Shown here in pieces: positions 33,153 through 44,861 of a stretch of 64,000 nt of DNA. The stretch spans positions 124,001 through 188,000 of the forward strand of contig MU008186.1 in NCBI GenBank assembly GCA_010909165.1, read 5' to 3'. The stretch is from Anthoceros angustus. Its lineage: Eukaryota > Plantae > Anthocerotophyta. The notes beneath the pieces were generated by a model. That model did not search any database, had not been told where the DNA came from, and was given only the letters and a program-made list of their open reading frames with translations. The translations under genes and the position numbers were made by a program. The stretch's first letter is position 1. Each line of letters opens with the position of its first letter.

Positions 33153-36130
33153 CTGCACAATTGCGATTGGAGATGCGCAGCGGCGAGGAGGATTGAAGGG
33201 CAACGCATCCAAAACCTAAAAAACCAAGAAACTCACATCAGGCTTGCCGAGTCGGGAAGGCACCTACTGAGAAAACTGTATCAAATTGAAAACAAAGTGC
33301 ACAGTGAAACCCGCTTACTACGAAATCTTGTGGATGCTACCTTCCGAGACGTGAAAGTCCTGAAGGAGACGCACTTTGATTTGGTGGTCGCAATCCAGTG
33401 CCTTTTGGCCCAGCCTGAACAGGGCCAAAGACACTTCTGAAATCTCTTAAGCCAAAACCCTAACCATGTCAGGATTAGCAAGAGCCAGAGCCGTGTTGGT
33501 GCAGGCGCCTCACACTCCAATCCTCCCTACCTGCACATCGAAATAAAAGAGAAAGATAGGTTCACGGGAATCACTTATGACGTGTGGTCGACTAGGATGA
33601 GAGGGCACCTTGAGGATGCTGACATCTGGACCATAGTCGACGGATCCCTCACTCGACCTATCGCTGTAGGCCCAGATCTTGACATGTGGAACAAGTCTGA
33701 CAGGATCTTCTCATAGTAGGCCTGGACAAGGAAATGGTTCACCGCACCTTCGGTGCACCAAATGCCCACACTATTTGGGAATACTTTTGCCAAATGTATG
33801 AAGCCACTGACGTACAACACGTTGCTACTACCACACGGAACTTCCACCTCCTTAAATATAAGGATGGGGATAGCATCTAGTCGCACCTAAGCACCTTTCG
33901 TACGTTGAGAGCCAAATTAACTTCGTGTGGCACAACTCTTACAGAGACACAAGCGGCCATAGCCCTCCTCATGACTTTGCCACAAAGTTGGCGCACCTTC
34001 GTAGCAACCCGAAACGGCCTCATCAAACAATCTGTGCAACTGAAGAAGTAAACCTTGGTGAAGTTAAGATACTCTCGCAGGTCATAGCAGCCATCATCGA
34101 GGAAGATTCGCTAGGGACCCCCGGCGTAACCCACACGCCTCTCGGCTTCTAGGCCTTGAACAAAAGGCAGAGAAACAAAAGCTGGCTTGGCAGGAAGTAG
34201 GGAGAGAGCTCATCTTCTCCAGGCCCCGCTAACCCCCGTTGTAAGGGAAATTGTAATTGGTATAGGAAATTAAGGCACTACGAATGAGAGTGCCGCAGCT
34301 AATGGAATATAGCTTATTTTGGAATAGATATGTGTTAAAACATAATGGTGATTTCAGTTACAATTAAATTAGATTCCAATCTCTAGTCTTGGACAAGGTA
34401 CCACGGCCGAGGACCCTTGATCCAACCTTGTCTTCTGACCTCTCTTATGTTAGAACGACGTAGGACTTGAGGAGGCTCTTCATTGGCTTCAGTAACTTCT
34501 TCCTGTGCAGGTTCAAGTACAATAGTGTCATCAGTCACCGCTGGAAGAGCAGGGTGATCATTGTCAGCTGCAACAATGGGAGTTGGAGCTACAGGGGTGA
34601 TTGGAGCTGAAGGGTTATCAGCCCCCTCTGAAGCCAAAGAGGAGTCATCCTCAAAATAACAGAAGAATCATCAAATGCAAATTCGAGAGGTGGGTCCGGA
34701 ACACCAGATATAAATGCAAGAGGCATAGTTGCTCCAGGAGTGAGCTGAGCAGCATGTTGACGAAGCAAAATATCTTCATTAAAAACCACACTGCGTGAGA
34801 TGGTCACCTGACGTGTAGAGGGATCAAATAACTTGTAATCCTTCACATCGGAGTAAACAAAATCCTGCGAATAGCCTTCAAGTCCATCTTATGACGAGTA
34901 GCTACAGGTACATAAGCATAAGTTGGTGATCCGAATATACGCAAGTGCCCAATGCGGGGCTTCTGTCTTGTTCATCTCTCATAAGGAGTAGTCAAACCTT
35001 AGAAGGTAGTCGGTTGAGAACATAATTAGTAGCCATCAATGCTTCCTCCCAATATCCACGAGAGAGACTAGCAAAAGTGAGAGATGCCAAAGTAGCCTCC
35101 TGGAGTGTCCGGTTTTTCCTCTTAGCAAAAGAGTTCTGAGCAGGAGTATACGACACGGTGAGCTGGTGATGGATCCCTTCCGAAGAGCAAAAGTTCTGAA
35201 AAGCATGGCTGATGTACTCGCCACCATTGTCACTACGTAAAATTTTAACCTTGTGACTTGTCTGCCGGGTTGCAAAACGCACATAGGTTTGAAAACACAT
35301 AAGAGCCTCGCTTTTATGTCTTAACACATAAACAATACAATAGCGGCTCCATTCATCTATGAATGTAATAAAATAAATAGCTCCTCCAAATGAGCTGGTG
35401 GACATAGGGCCACAAATGTCACTATGAATAGTATCCAAAAGGGCCGAGGCCCTTGTTGAGTGGAGATCCGTATATGGCTTAGAAAGGCTTTACTGCTAAG
35501 GTGCGTCCAAAAGGGGTGACTAGAAGGAGATAGGTAAGTGGATCTCAAAACTATCACCCTTTGTTAGAGATGCTAGGCGTTGAAAATTGGCGTGGGCAAG
35601 GCGACAATGCCAAAGTTGCATTGAAGCTTGTCTTTGAATGGCATTGTGATGAGTGGGTTGAGGTTGCACTATCGATTTGACATCTAATAAATACAAATCA
35701 TGAAAAGGGTGCCTATGAAAAGGTCGACTTGATGGAACATGCGTTACCACTGATTGATCAAAGTAGACTCGGCAAGAGTGTTGTTGTGACAACTTAATCA
35801 CTAACATCAAATTTTTGGTCATAGAAGGGACAAATAAAACGCCAGAAGTATAAGTGAAGACTCGTCTGGGAGCTGTATGACCAATGAGCCCAAGCCTTTG
35901 ATGGAAAGCCCACTGTCATCACCCAAAAGCACAAACTGATTGGCATCATATGTGGGTGAGAAAGTTTTAAATGAGTGTCTGTCAAAACAAATATGACTAG
36001 TGGCTCGAATCTAAAACCAAGTTTCTACTTGAGAATGGATGATGAAAGACAAAGCAGCTAAGATTGTGGGTGACTTAGCTTTTGTTGTTGTGACATTTGA
36101 TTCGGAGACTTGTATCTCGTCGAGGCTCAC

Positions 36131-39100
36131 CGGCCTTTTCTTCCAATCCTTCTCAATATGGCGGGTATCTTGCACCAATAGTCATATTTACGCTTTGGTC
36201 TTTGTGGATTATATGTGGAACGCTGAAAATTTTTGGTTGGGAAGCCACGTCCCTGCGTCCTCGAAAGCCCCTCGCCTCGAGAAGTGAACAAAATTCTTGA
36301 GTTTGATTGACCACTTGAGCTGGCCTTCATTTATTAAGTCCACGAGTCCTCTCCTCCGCTAGAAGAGCTCCAAACACCTCAAGTGTAATAGCGGAGTTGC
36401 ACACTGGTTGTTTCTAGCCGTCCTTACAATGGCACTGTGCGCTTACAAAAGATTGATATGCTTGGGAAGAGTAGCAAGTAGGCGGACTGAACTTCACTTA
36501 AATTTGTTCCACAATATGCAAGGTTAGCACGACAAGTGCGAAACTTGATATAAGACTCCACGCCTCATTGTCTTTCATTGAAGACTAAAAATTCCTGAAG
36601 GCTTGTACTAGGAGGTGAGCTCCTATCCTTATAAATCATCTTAAAGTTATTCCACACATCACTTGAAGTGGCACCCAAGGTATGTGTCATCATATTCGAT
36701 CTAGGCGAAATAATAATAGTTCTTGCGATCCTTCCGTTGCCATTCCAAAATGAGATCGGGCGGCTCTGGAGGCAGTTCGGACCTCTACAACCCCATCAAT
36801 TCATTTTCTTCTAAAATTTGTGACACCGCATTGCCCATATAGTGTAATCATCCCATTAAATCTATCTCTATCCTTGAATTCTATCCTAAGAGGTGAGAAG
36901 AGCGGGAGGCAAAGAAGAAGATCCGACATGTTTAATCTAGATTGTACTTGTGGAGAAAAATCCCATATAGAATACTCTACATGAGTTTCTATCTCTAAAG
37001 TTTCAAATAAATTGCCAAACAATGTATTGAATGCTTCACTTATCATCACTATCATCATTGAGATCAAAATACATAAAATAATGATTAGTACCAAAGCATA
37101 TTACAACCAATGAGGATGTAAAGGATCTAAGCTAGTGTATATAAATTAACTAAAAACAATAACGAAATAAGAAGCTGCCTTGGTATAGTGGTTAGTGACC
37201 GTGTCATCACCCGAGTACCGATTCGACTCCCAGTGCAGCGCCGGGCTGGAAAACTCCATTTAAAACCCTCGATCGGTAGCCAAAGTGACGGTTAGTAACA
37301 CGCTACTCACACGCTTGTGCCTTATTGTGTAATGGCGCCTCAATTTGCACCCGCTACTTAACAATTTTCATCCTACGCGAGCTGATTCGCCCCTCTGTAT
37401 TTAATCGCCATCACCCTACAATTGTGGCGAATTCCAAAATTCCGCCGGAGTTGGTTGGGCGGCGGATCACGGGCAAGGATGCAGTCATCTTGGTCGCGCA
37501 TGTCCGAGACGGGCGTGTCACCTCCTTGTCCGTGGTTGCAAGCCGTCGTTCCTTCCGGAGGCCGCTAAAATCGTCGAGGCGGGGCGGTGCATGCGCTCGG
37601 ATTGGTATGGGGTTCAATCCTTTCGATTACTTTTGAGGGAAGGATGCCGTGATGCATCTGCTATATTTTTCCAGGAAGTGCGGCGGGGCGCTCCATATGC
37701 TTCCTTTTTTGCTATTTTGCCTCGTTGAAGGCAAGTGGGATGTGTTCCCCTCTTCCATTTTTTTTTTTAACAAAAAAGGAAAAGCATAGCTACCCCATGA
37801 GGCTTAGCTACATGGGAGATGAGCAGATTCATCTTTTTATCTAGAAACTGACTTACATTACTAACTGCACGTGTGATGTCCAATCTAGTCCAACCTGATA
37901 GATAAATTAAACAACCAACAGCTTGTCGGTAAGGCTTGAGTGCCATCTCGGCCTTTTCTTCCGCAATCCTTCTCAATATGGCGGGTATCTTGCACCAATA
38001 GCAAGTCATATTTACGCTTTGGTCTTTGTTGTGGATTATATGTGGAACGCTGAAAATTTTGGTTGGGAAGAGCCCCCCTTGCGTCCTCGAAAGCCCCTCG
38101 CCTCGAAGTGAACAAAATTCTTGAGTTTGATTGACCACTTGAGCTGGCCTTCATTTTATTAAGTCCACGAGTCCTCTCCTGCTAGAAGAGCTCCAAACAC
38201 CTCTGAAGTGTAATAGCGAGTTGCACACTGGTTGATTGTTTACTAGCTCTTACAATGGCACTTTGTGCGCTTACAAAAGATTGATATGCTTCAGGAAGAG
38301 TAGCAAGTAGGCGGACAGCAGCCTGAACTTCACTTAAATTTGTTCCACAATATGCAAGGTTAGCTCGACAAGTGCGAAACACTTGATATAAGACTCCAGT
38401 CTCATTGTCTTTCATTGAAGACTAAAAATTCCACGAAGGCTTGTACTAGGAGGTGAGCTCCTATCCTTATAAATCATCTTAAAGTTATTCCACACATCAC
38501 TTGAAGTGGCACCCAAGGTATGTGTCATCATATTCCGATCTAGGCGAAATAATAATAGTTCTTGCGCCCGATCCTTCCGTTGCCATTCCAAAATGAGATC
38601 GGGCGGCTCCTGCGGAGGCGTTCGGAATCTACAACCCCATCAATTCATTTTCTTCTAAAATTTGTGACACCGCATTGCCCATATAGTGTAATCTGTCCCA
38701 TTAAATCTATCTCTATCCTTGAATTCTATCCTAAGAGGTGAGAAGAACAAGGCAAAGAAGAAGATCCGACATGTTTAATCTAGATTATGCGACTTGTGGA
38801 GAAAAATCCCATATAGAATACTCTCTGAGTTTCTATCTCTAAAGTTTCAAATAAATTGCCAAACAATGTATTGAATGCTTCACTCATCACTATCATCATT
38901 GAGATCAAAATACATAAAAATAATGATTAGTACCAAAGCATATTACAACTAATGAGGATGTAAAGGATCTAAGCTAGTGTATATAAATTAACTAAAACAA
39001 TAACGAAATAAGAAGCTTTGGTATAGTGGTTAGTGACCGTGTATACTGTCACAGCCAGTTCGACTTAGTCTAGTGCGCCTGGTGGAAAAACTCCATTTTA

Positions 39101-39851
39101 AAACCCTACGGCGGGGCGGCCTTGGGTTGACCGCGGTGGTAACGCTAGCGCCCGCCACGCACGCCACCCGTGCCGCTGTGTCTGTGGCGCCTCAATTTGC
39201 ACCCGCTACTTAACAATTTTCATCCCTGCGCCGCGAGCCTGATTCGCCCCCATATCGCGACTGTAATCGGCCAGCATCACCTACGAATTGTGGCGAATTC
39301 CAAAATTCCATCGGAGTTGGTTGGACGCGGCGGATCACGGGCAAGGATGCAGGTCATGCTGGCTGCTTCTGCTGCATGTCTCCGGAACGGGCCGCCGGTG
39401 TGCGCACCTCCTTACAATGTCCCGTGGTTGCAAGCCGTCGGTTCCTTCCGGAGGGGCCGCTGCTTAAAATCGCTGGGACAGAGCGGGACGGTGCATGCGC
39501 TTCTGGATTGGTATGGGGTTCAATCCTTTCGATTACTTTTGAGGGAAGGATGCCGTGATGCATCTGCTATATTTTTCCAGGAAGTGCGGCTGGGCGCTCC
39601 ATATGCTTCCTTTTGCTATTTTGCCTCGTTGAAGGCAAGTGGGATGTGTTCCCCTCTTCCATTTTTTTTAACAAAGGAAAAGCATAGCTACCCATGAGGC
39701 TTAGCTACATGGGAGATGGCGATTCATCTTTTATCTAAGCGACTTACATTACTAACTGCACGTGTGATGTCCAATCTAGTCCAACCTGATAGATAAATTA
39801 AACAACCAACAGCTTGTCGGTAAGGCTTGAGTGCCATCTCGGCCTTTTCTT
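36131..39851. repeat. Tandem duplication of a ~1.85-kb unit (gag plus 5' UTR of the nested Copia)
   Basis: Units 36131-37948 and 37949-39839; junction microhomology CGGCCTTTTCTTC. Confidence 0.9.
37176..37768 (+). mobile_element. Putative tRNA-Asp-derived SINE (second copy at about 39012-39669)
   Basis: Head has an A-box (GTATAGTGGTTAGT) and a B-box (G(A)TTCGACT); the second copy keeps CTGTCAC (Asp anticodon loop). Body is ~500 bp with a poly(T) tail and degenerate A-rich flanking direct repeats (AACAA...AGCT). Confidence 0.55.
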
Positions 39852-42189
39852 CTACTGTTCTCGGGCATTGTTCCTTAGATAGCTTTTCACCTGTAGACAT
39901 AGGTGTGCTTACTGGTCATGCATCCTCCATCTTGAACCTCTTAAGTAGTTGATGTACAAAATGCACTTGATAAATATCAATAGTGTTATCGCGAGTGTTA
40001 AAATGGAATTGAATGCCAAGAGAAAAAAATAAATTTGCTCTGATACCATAAAGAAGTTGGTAGCCTAGGATCGCATGTGTGAAGATCGTGCAAGAGGTAA
40101 GCAAGAGGGACAAGAGCAAGTTGGAATCGAAAGATGACACAAATTACACACAAAGAAAGGGTCTTATACAAAAACGGTTATTAATTAACGAATAATAAAC
40201 GAGTTGCTTGTAAGTGGGTCTTCAAAAAAAAACTCAATACAGATGGTAGTGTTGGTGTAAGGCTCGCCTCGTGGCAAAGGGATATAGTCAAGTAGCGGGG
40301 TTAGACTACAATGAAACATTTGCCCCAGTTGTTAAGTCTACTTCCATAAGAATACTCCTTGCCCTTGCTGCTCACTACAATCTCCTCGTACATCAGTTAG
40401 ACATAAAAACTGCTTTTCTTAATGGCACCTTAGATGAGGTCATCTACATGGCTCAACCGGAAGGTTTTATTATAGACCCTAATAAAGTATGTCAACTTTT
40501 AAAAACACTTTATGGTCTTAAGCAGTCTTCCCGTGCATGGAATGAAGTGTTTCATGCATTGCTCATAGAATTGGGTTTCACATGTTTGGACGCTGATAGC
40601 AGCGTATATATTTTATGGGATGATAATGATTTTACCATTTTAACTATTTATGTGGATGATAATATTTTATTTAGCACTTCACCAACTCTTATGGCAAGAA
40701 TGAAAGCAGTACTTTTGGCGAGGTTTGATATGGTGATTTGGGGCTTATCTTTTCTCTTGGCATTCAATTCCATTTTAACACTCGCGATAACACTATTGAT
40801 ATTCATCAAGAGCATTTTGTACATCAACTACTTAAGAGGTTCAAGATGGAGGATGTATGACCAGTAAGCACACCTATGTCTACAGGTGAAAAGCTATCTA
40901 AGGAACAATGCCCGACAAGAGAAGAAAAGGCCGAGATGGCACTCAAGCCTTCGACAACGGTTGTTTAATCTATCTATCGGTTGGACTAGATTAGACATCA
41001 CACGTGCGATTAGTAATGTAAGTCGGTTCTAGAGAACCACCTTGCCACATTGGGCTGCGATGAAGAGAATTTTAGGTACCTCAAAGGAACAAAGCAAAGG
41101 TTTACGTTTTCTAAGCAACGGATGGTTTGCGCTAATGTCCTTTTGTGATGCCGGGCTGGTGACCCGGACACTAGGCGTAGTATTGCAGCCTCTTGTACAT
41201 TTTAGGTGGATCGTTATCTCTTGGTCAAGTAAAAGCTCACTACTATTTGTCTTTCCTCTACAGGCGAATATGGTGCCATGACACAAGCTAGAGAGGTTAT
41301 TTTGGATTAGATCTTTCTTAAGTGGACTTAAGCGCTTCATGAAGGACCAACTCGGCTTTGGTGCGACAACCGATCGGCCATTGCTTTATCGAAGAATCCA
41401 GTTTTCATGCTAGAAGTAAGCATATCGAGATTGCTCATCATTTTATAAGACAAGCGGAGCGTAAAGAGGTAATAGTGGACTATGTTGCCACTTGAAAATG
41501 TGGCTGACCTTTTGACAAAGTCTTTGCCAAAGTTGGTACATGAGAAACATACTTTGGCGGTGGCTACAATTTATACCTGCTGTGAGCAAAGCAGGAACAG
41601 CTCATTAGTTGATTTCCTCTTTCATCTAGCTTGGTGATTGGATGAAGCCTTATTGTGTTATGTGATCGTCACACTTGCTGAAACTCTTTTTTTGCTTATA
41701 TCAGCAGTGGGAGTGCACTTTCTATTATGAAGTCAATTTTCAAGATATTTTCAAGCTTATCAATTAACTCCTAATTGCAACTAAGTGGGAGTAATGAAAT
41801 ATAGCTTATTTTGGAATAAATATGTGTTAAAACATAAGGGTGATTTCAGTTACAATTAAATTAGGTTTAGTTTTATTATTCGTTAATTAACAATAACAAC
41901 TGCTTTTGTATAAGACCCTTTCTTTGAGTGTAATTTGTATCATCTTTCGATTCCAACTTGCTCTTGTCCCTCTTGCTTACCTCTTGCACGATCTTCACAC
42001 ATGCGATCCTAGGCTACCAACTTCTTAAGCAGCAAGCAAGCGGGCAAACCAAGAAGACAGGGCTCCCCAAAACAGTGTCTCTCAGCATAAGGATTTATCT
42101 CTGAACCCCATTTTGGCCCCAACCATCCAGAAATGCACATGTCTCATTTCACTGTTTTCAGCGATTTGCAAACCCATAGCCCATGCATC

Positions 42190-44250
42190 CGAGCCAAAAA
42201 GAAAACCTAATGTGCCGACCGTTCGCACAAATGCCAGACACACCTTTGTACCAAGTGGCCGGATGACTGGCGCACTTATGCTCAAAAGAGCTGGAGTGCG
42301 CCGGACGTCCGGTGCAGTTATACTCCAAAGAGGTTTAGTGCACCGGGTTTGGAGAGGATTGCGTCAATACTTGTGCAGGCAAACACTTTCGTTCAAGTTG
42401 CCTATGTACACTAGCCTCCGCACCAACACTCACATCAATTCTATTTTCAAACTCCATGATTCAAAGCAATCCCAGACGGCAGGCATACCCTGTCTGACCT
42501 GCCCCCTCCGTGTCGGAGATAAGCCACACTTAGATCTGCAACCTTAGGCCCCGCGGGCGAGAATTGGGCAAGGTAAAGGATGGTGAGGCCTCTCAACCCT
42601 TCTTGATCAAACTCTTTCGACCTTACATTTCTTCCTGTCAAGTCCGTACCACTTTCAACCTTAGTCTACCCATGGGTGGCACATGGTGCAAGTCAGAACT
42701 TAAATTCAAAATCTTTTGGCGAAGCTCGGCTATAATTCGTCTCTAAACACCTATTGCGCCCACGGTATGATGGGCGTCTGTGGGTATAAGGGTCCTCCTT
42801 TAGAGCCTCACTGAAATACTGAGCCATTTGGTCAAAATCCCCAGCTAGGGCGATCAGCCCTCTTTCTTCAAATACTCGCTGGCTCTCACTAGGGCTCACA
42901 GTGGCCACGTACATGCTCTCCTATACCTATGTTCGACTGCACCCGACAGGCTTTCATTACTCAAGGACAAATCGTCTATTCTCTTTATTTTCTTGCTTTT
43001 CTGCAAAACATTGTGAAACATTGTCATCTTCAAAAGGTTGGCCATCAGAAACCACTATCATACATGTCGAATTTTAGAAAATGTAGCTCATCTAGAAACC
43101 AAGGCCCATGCATCTATACGTGCATCAAACTCGAATGAGCCGAACATTTAACGCACCAATTGAAAAGATCCAACTGCAAGTCATCGTGACTTTACGTTAC
43201 TTTACGCCTAGATACCGGGATGATTTATAAATTCTTCAAACCACTAAAAATCAACACTCCATCCCAGTATTGATCCGCCTCTAGGTTGCTTAATCGTGGA
43301 GTTCTTACAAAGTTTTCAAAGCACCAAAAACAAGCAAACCATCCTAGTAATAATCCAACCCAAGAGTGCTGAACCCTGGAGTTCTCAAAGCACAAAAAAC
43401 AAAGCACCCCATCCTAGTACTGATGGACCCAAGAGTGCTTAATCCTAGAGTTCTTATGTTTCCGAGTTTATTTGCACCTTTACCAAACAATGCTATTATG
43501 GTAGATACAAATAATATATATACATTTGCACTGGACATCCGCACATCCACTCCACCACTTCCATCGCGCTGGACGCCCGCAAGATTGGGGTCTCCAGGAA
43601 AGGCGCCGGACGTTCGCCGCAGGCTTTAGCAAACTCGCACCAATGTGCCGAACGTCCGGCGCATTGCTCCAATCCTTTCTCTGTTTTTCACTATAACAAT
43701 GGAGATCCTAGGATTGTGTACTCACAGTGCACCAGATGTTCAGCGCTACTTTCTAGAGTCGTAGTTTGTTCCTCTCGAGATGGCCATGATCAGGTTATCG
43801 ATTAATGTGCTCTCACAATTCTGTAGGACGTCCTATGATTACTATTTGGGCTTAGTTGCTTCTTTTAGTGTTGGTTGCGCCGGACGTCCGTGGTTTAACT
43901 CTTGAACCATTTGGTTTGGTTTGCCTCATTCACGCTAGGAAGTATGATTGCCTGCAAAAGAGGTGTTTAGGATTCCTAGCACCTATTATAAATCCTTGAA
44001 ATCCCTTCCTTGTGAAGAACACCATAATTTTTCAAGGGGGGGAATAAACCCGATGGGGGTTTTTCTCGAATAAACCCTGAAGAGGGGTTTTCATGGGTCC
44101 GAAAGCACAGTTTTTCGCCCATTTCTGGAAAAAAACTCAAAAAAGAAGGGTGCGACCTGACGACCTCACTTATTTATATCAATCATTGTCTCCACCGAAC
44201 GGTGTTCGCGATCCCTATTCTCTCTGTTTAGGGCAAATTTAGACCCGTTA
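42190..44250. mobile_element. Non-coding DNA-transposon-like segment with dispersed GCGCCGGACGTCCG palindromic motifs and ~70-bp internal tandem repeats
   Basis: Motif at 42298-42312 (perfect CCGGACGTCCGG), 43602, 43646 (inverted) and 43877; three ~70-bp repeats with CCATC(C)(T/C)AGTA at 43240-43455. Ends not defined. Confidence 0.5.
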
Positions 44251-44861
44251 TGATGACCCTTTCGCGGTAGGCAATACTCCAGCTAGTGGTCGAAACAGTG
44301 GTGAAGGATATTGCAAAACCCACGGACAGCTTATATCCGAAACACGTGAACGTCTAAAACTACATGTGGAATGCTGTGGTACTGGAACAGGTGAACCGTC
44401 ATATAAGAACGGGACCACATCGAAGCACCGCCGAGGGCGCCGGCCAGCCGGCGTACTCGGCCCTACGTAGTGTGTGTATGGCAGTAGGTGCCTCAACTCT
44501 TGCATGAGAAAGATGCACATCTCGTCCCTGCGGTGGGGGTCAGGGTATGTGACATGATGTAGAAGGGTTCCTCTCAACATGTGAAACCCGAAAGACAATG
44601 ATTACATGACAGTGGCCCGGTCTTTTTTACTAACAAACGGCAATGCCCAATGGTCAAAGCAGCTTCCTCCCTAATTGCATGCTCTTACATATGACCACCG
44701 GTACACAGGAGCAATGGGCGCAGGCCGGCCGGCACCCAATTGTCTTGTCGACCGCTGCAATGGAGAGGCAAAACCATCCAAGTAAACCCTAAACTCTAAA
44801 ACCATAAACTAAACCAACACGATTGACTCTCGTCCCCCCTTCTCCCACCGTGAACCGTATG

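Larger units (their letters stand above)
34300..42028 (+). mobile_element. Nested Ty1/Copia element with ~235-bp LTRs (non-canonical TA...TA ends), 5-bp TSD GCAGC and an internal inversion
   Basis: TSD GCAGC at 34295-34299 and 42029-42033. The 3' LTR (41792-42028) follows PPT AAGTGGGAG. The 5' LTR is split into 34300-34372 (+) and 40200-40049 (-), with an iMet PBS (TGGTATCAGAGC) on the - strand at 40037-40048. Gag/protease/integrase lie on - (38770 down to 34990); RT/RNaseH lie on + (40230-41560). Confidence 0.92.

Noticed and set aside
37176-37250. Functional tRNA-Asp gene
   Set aside because: Acceptor and anticodon stems do not pair properly in either copy; treated as a tRNA-derived head.
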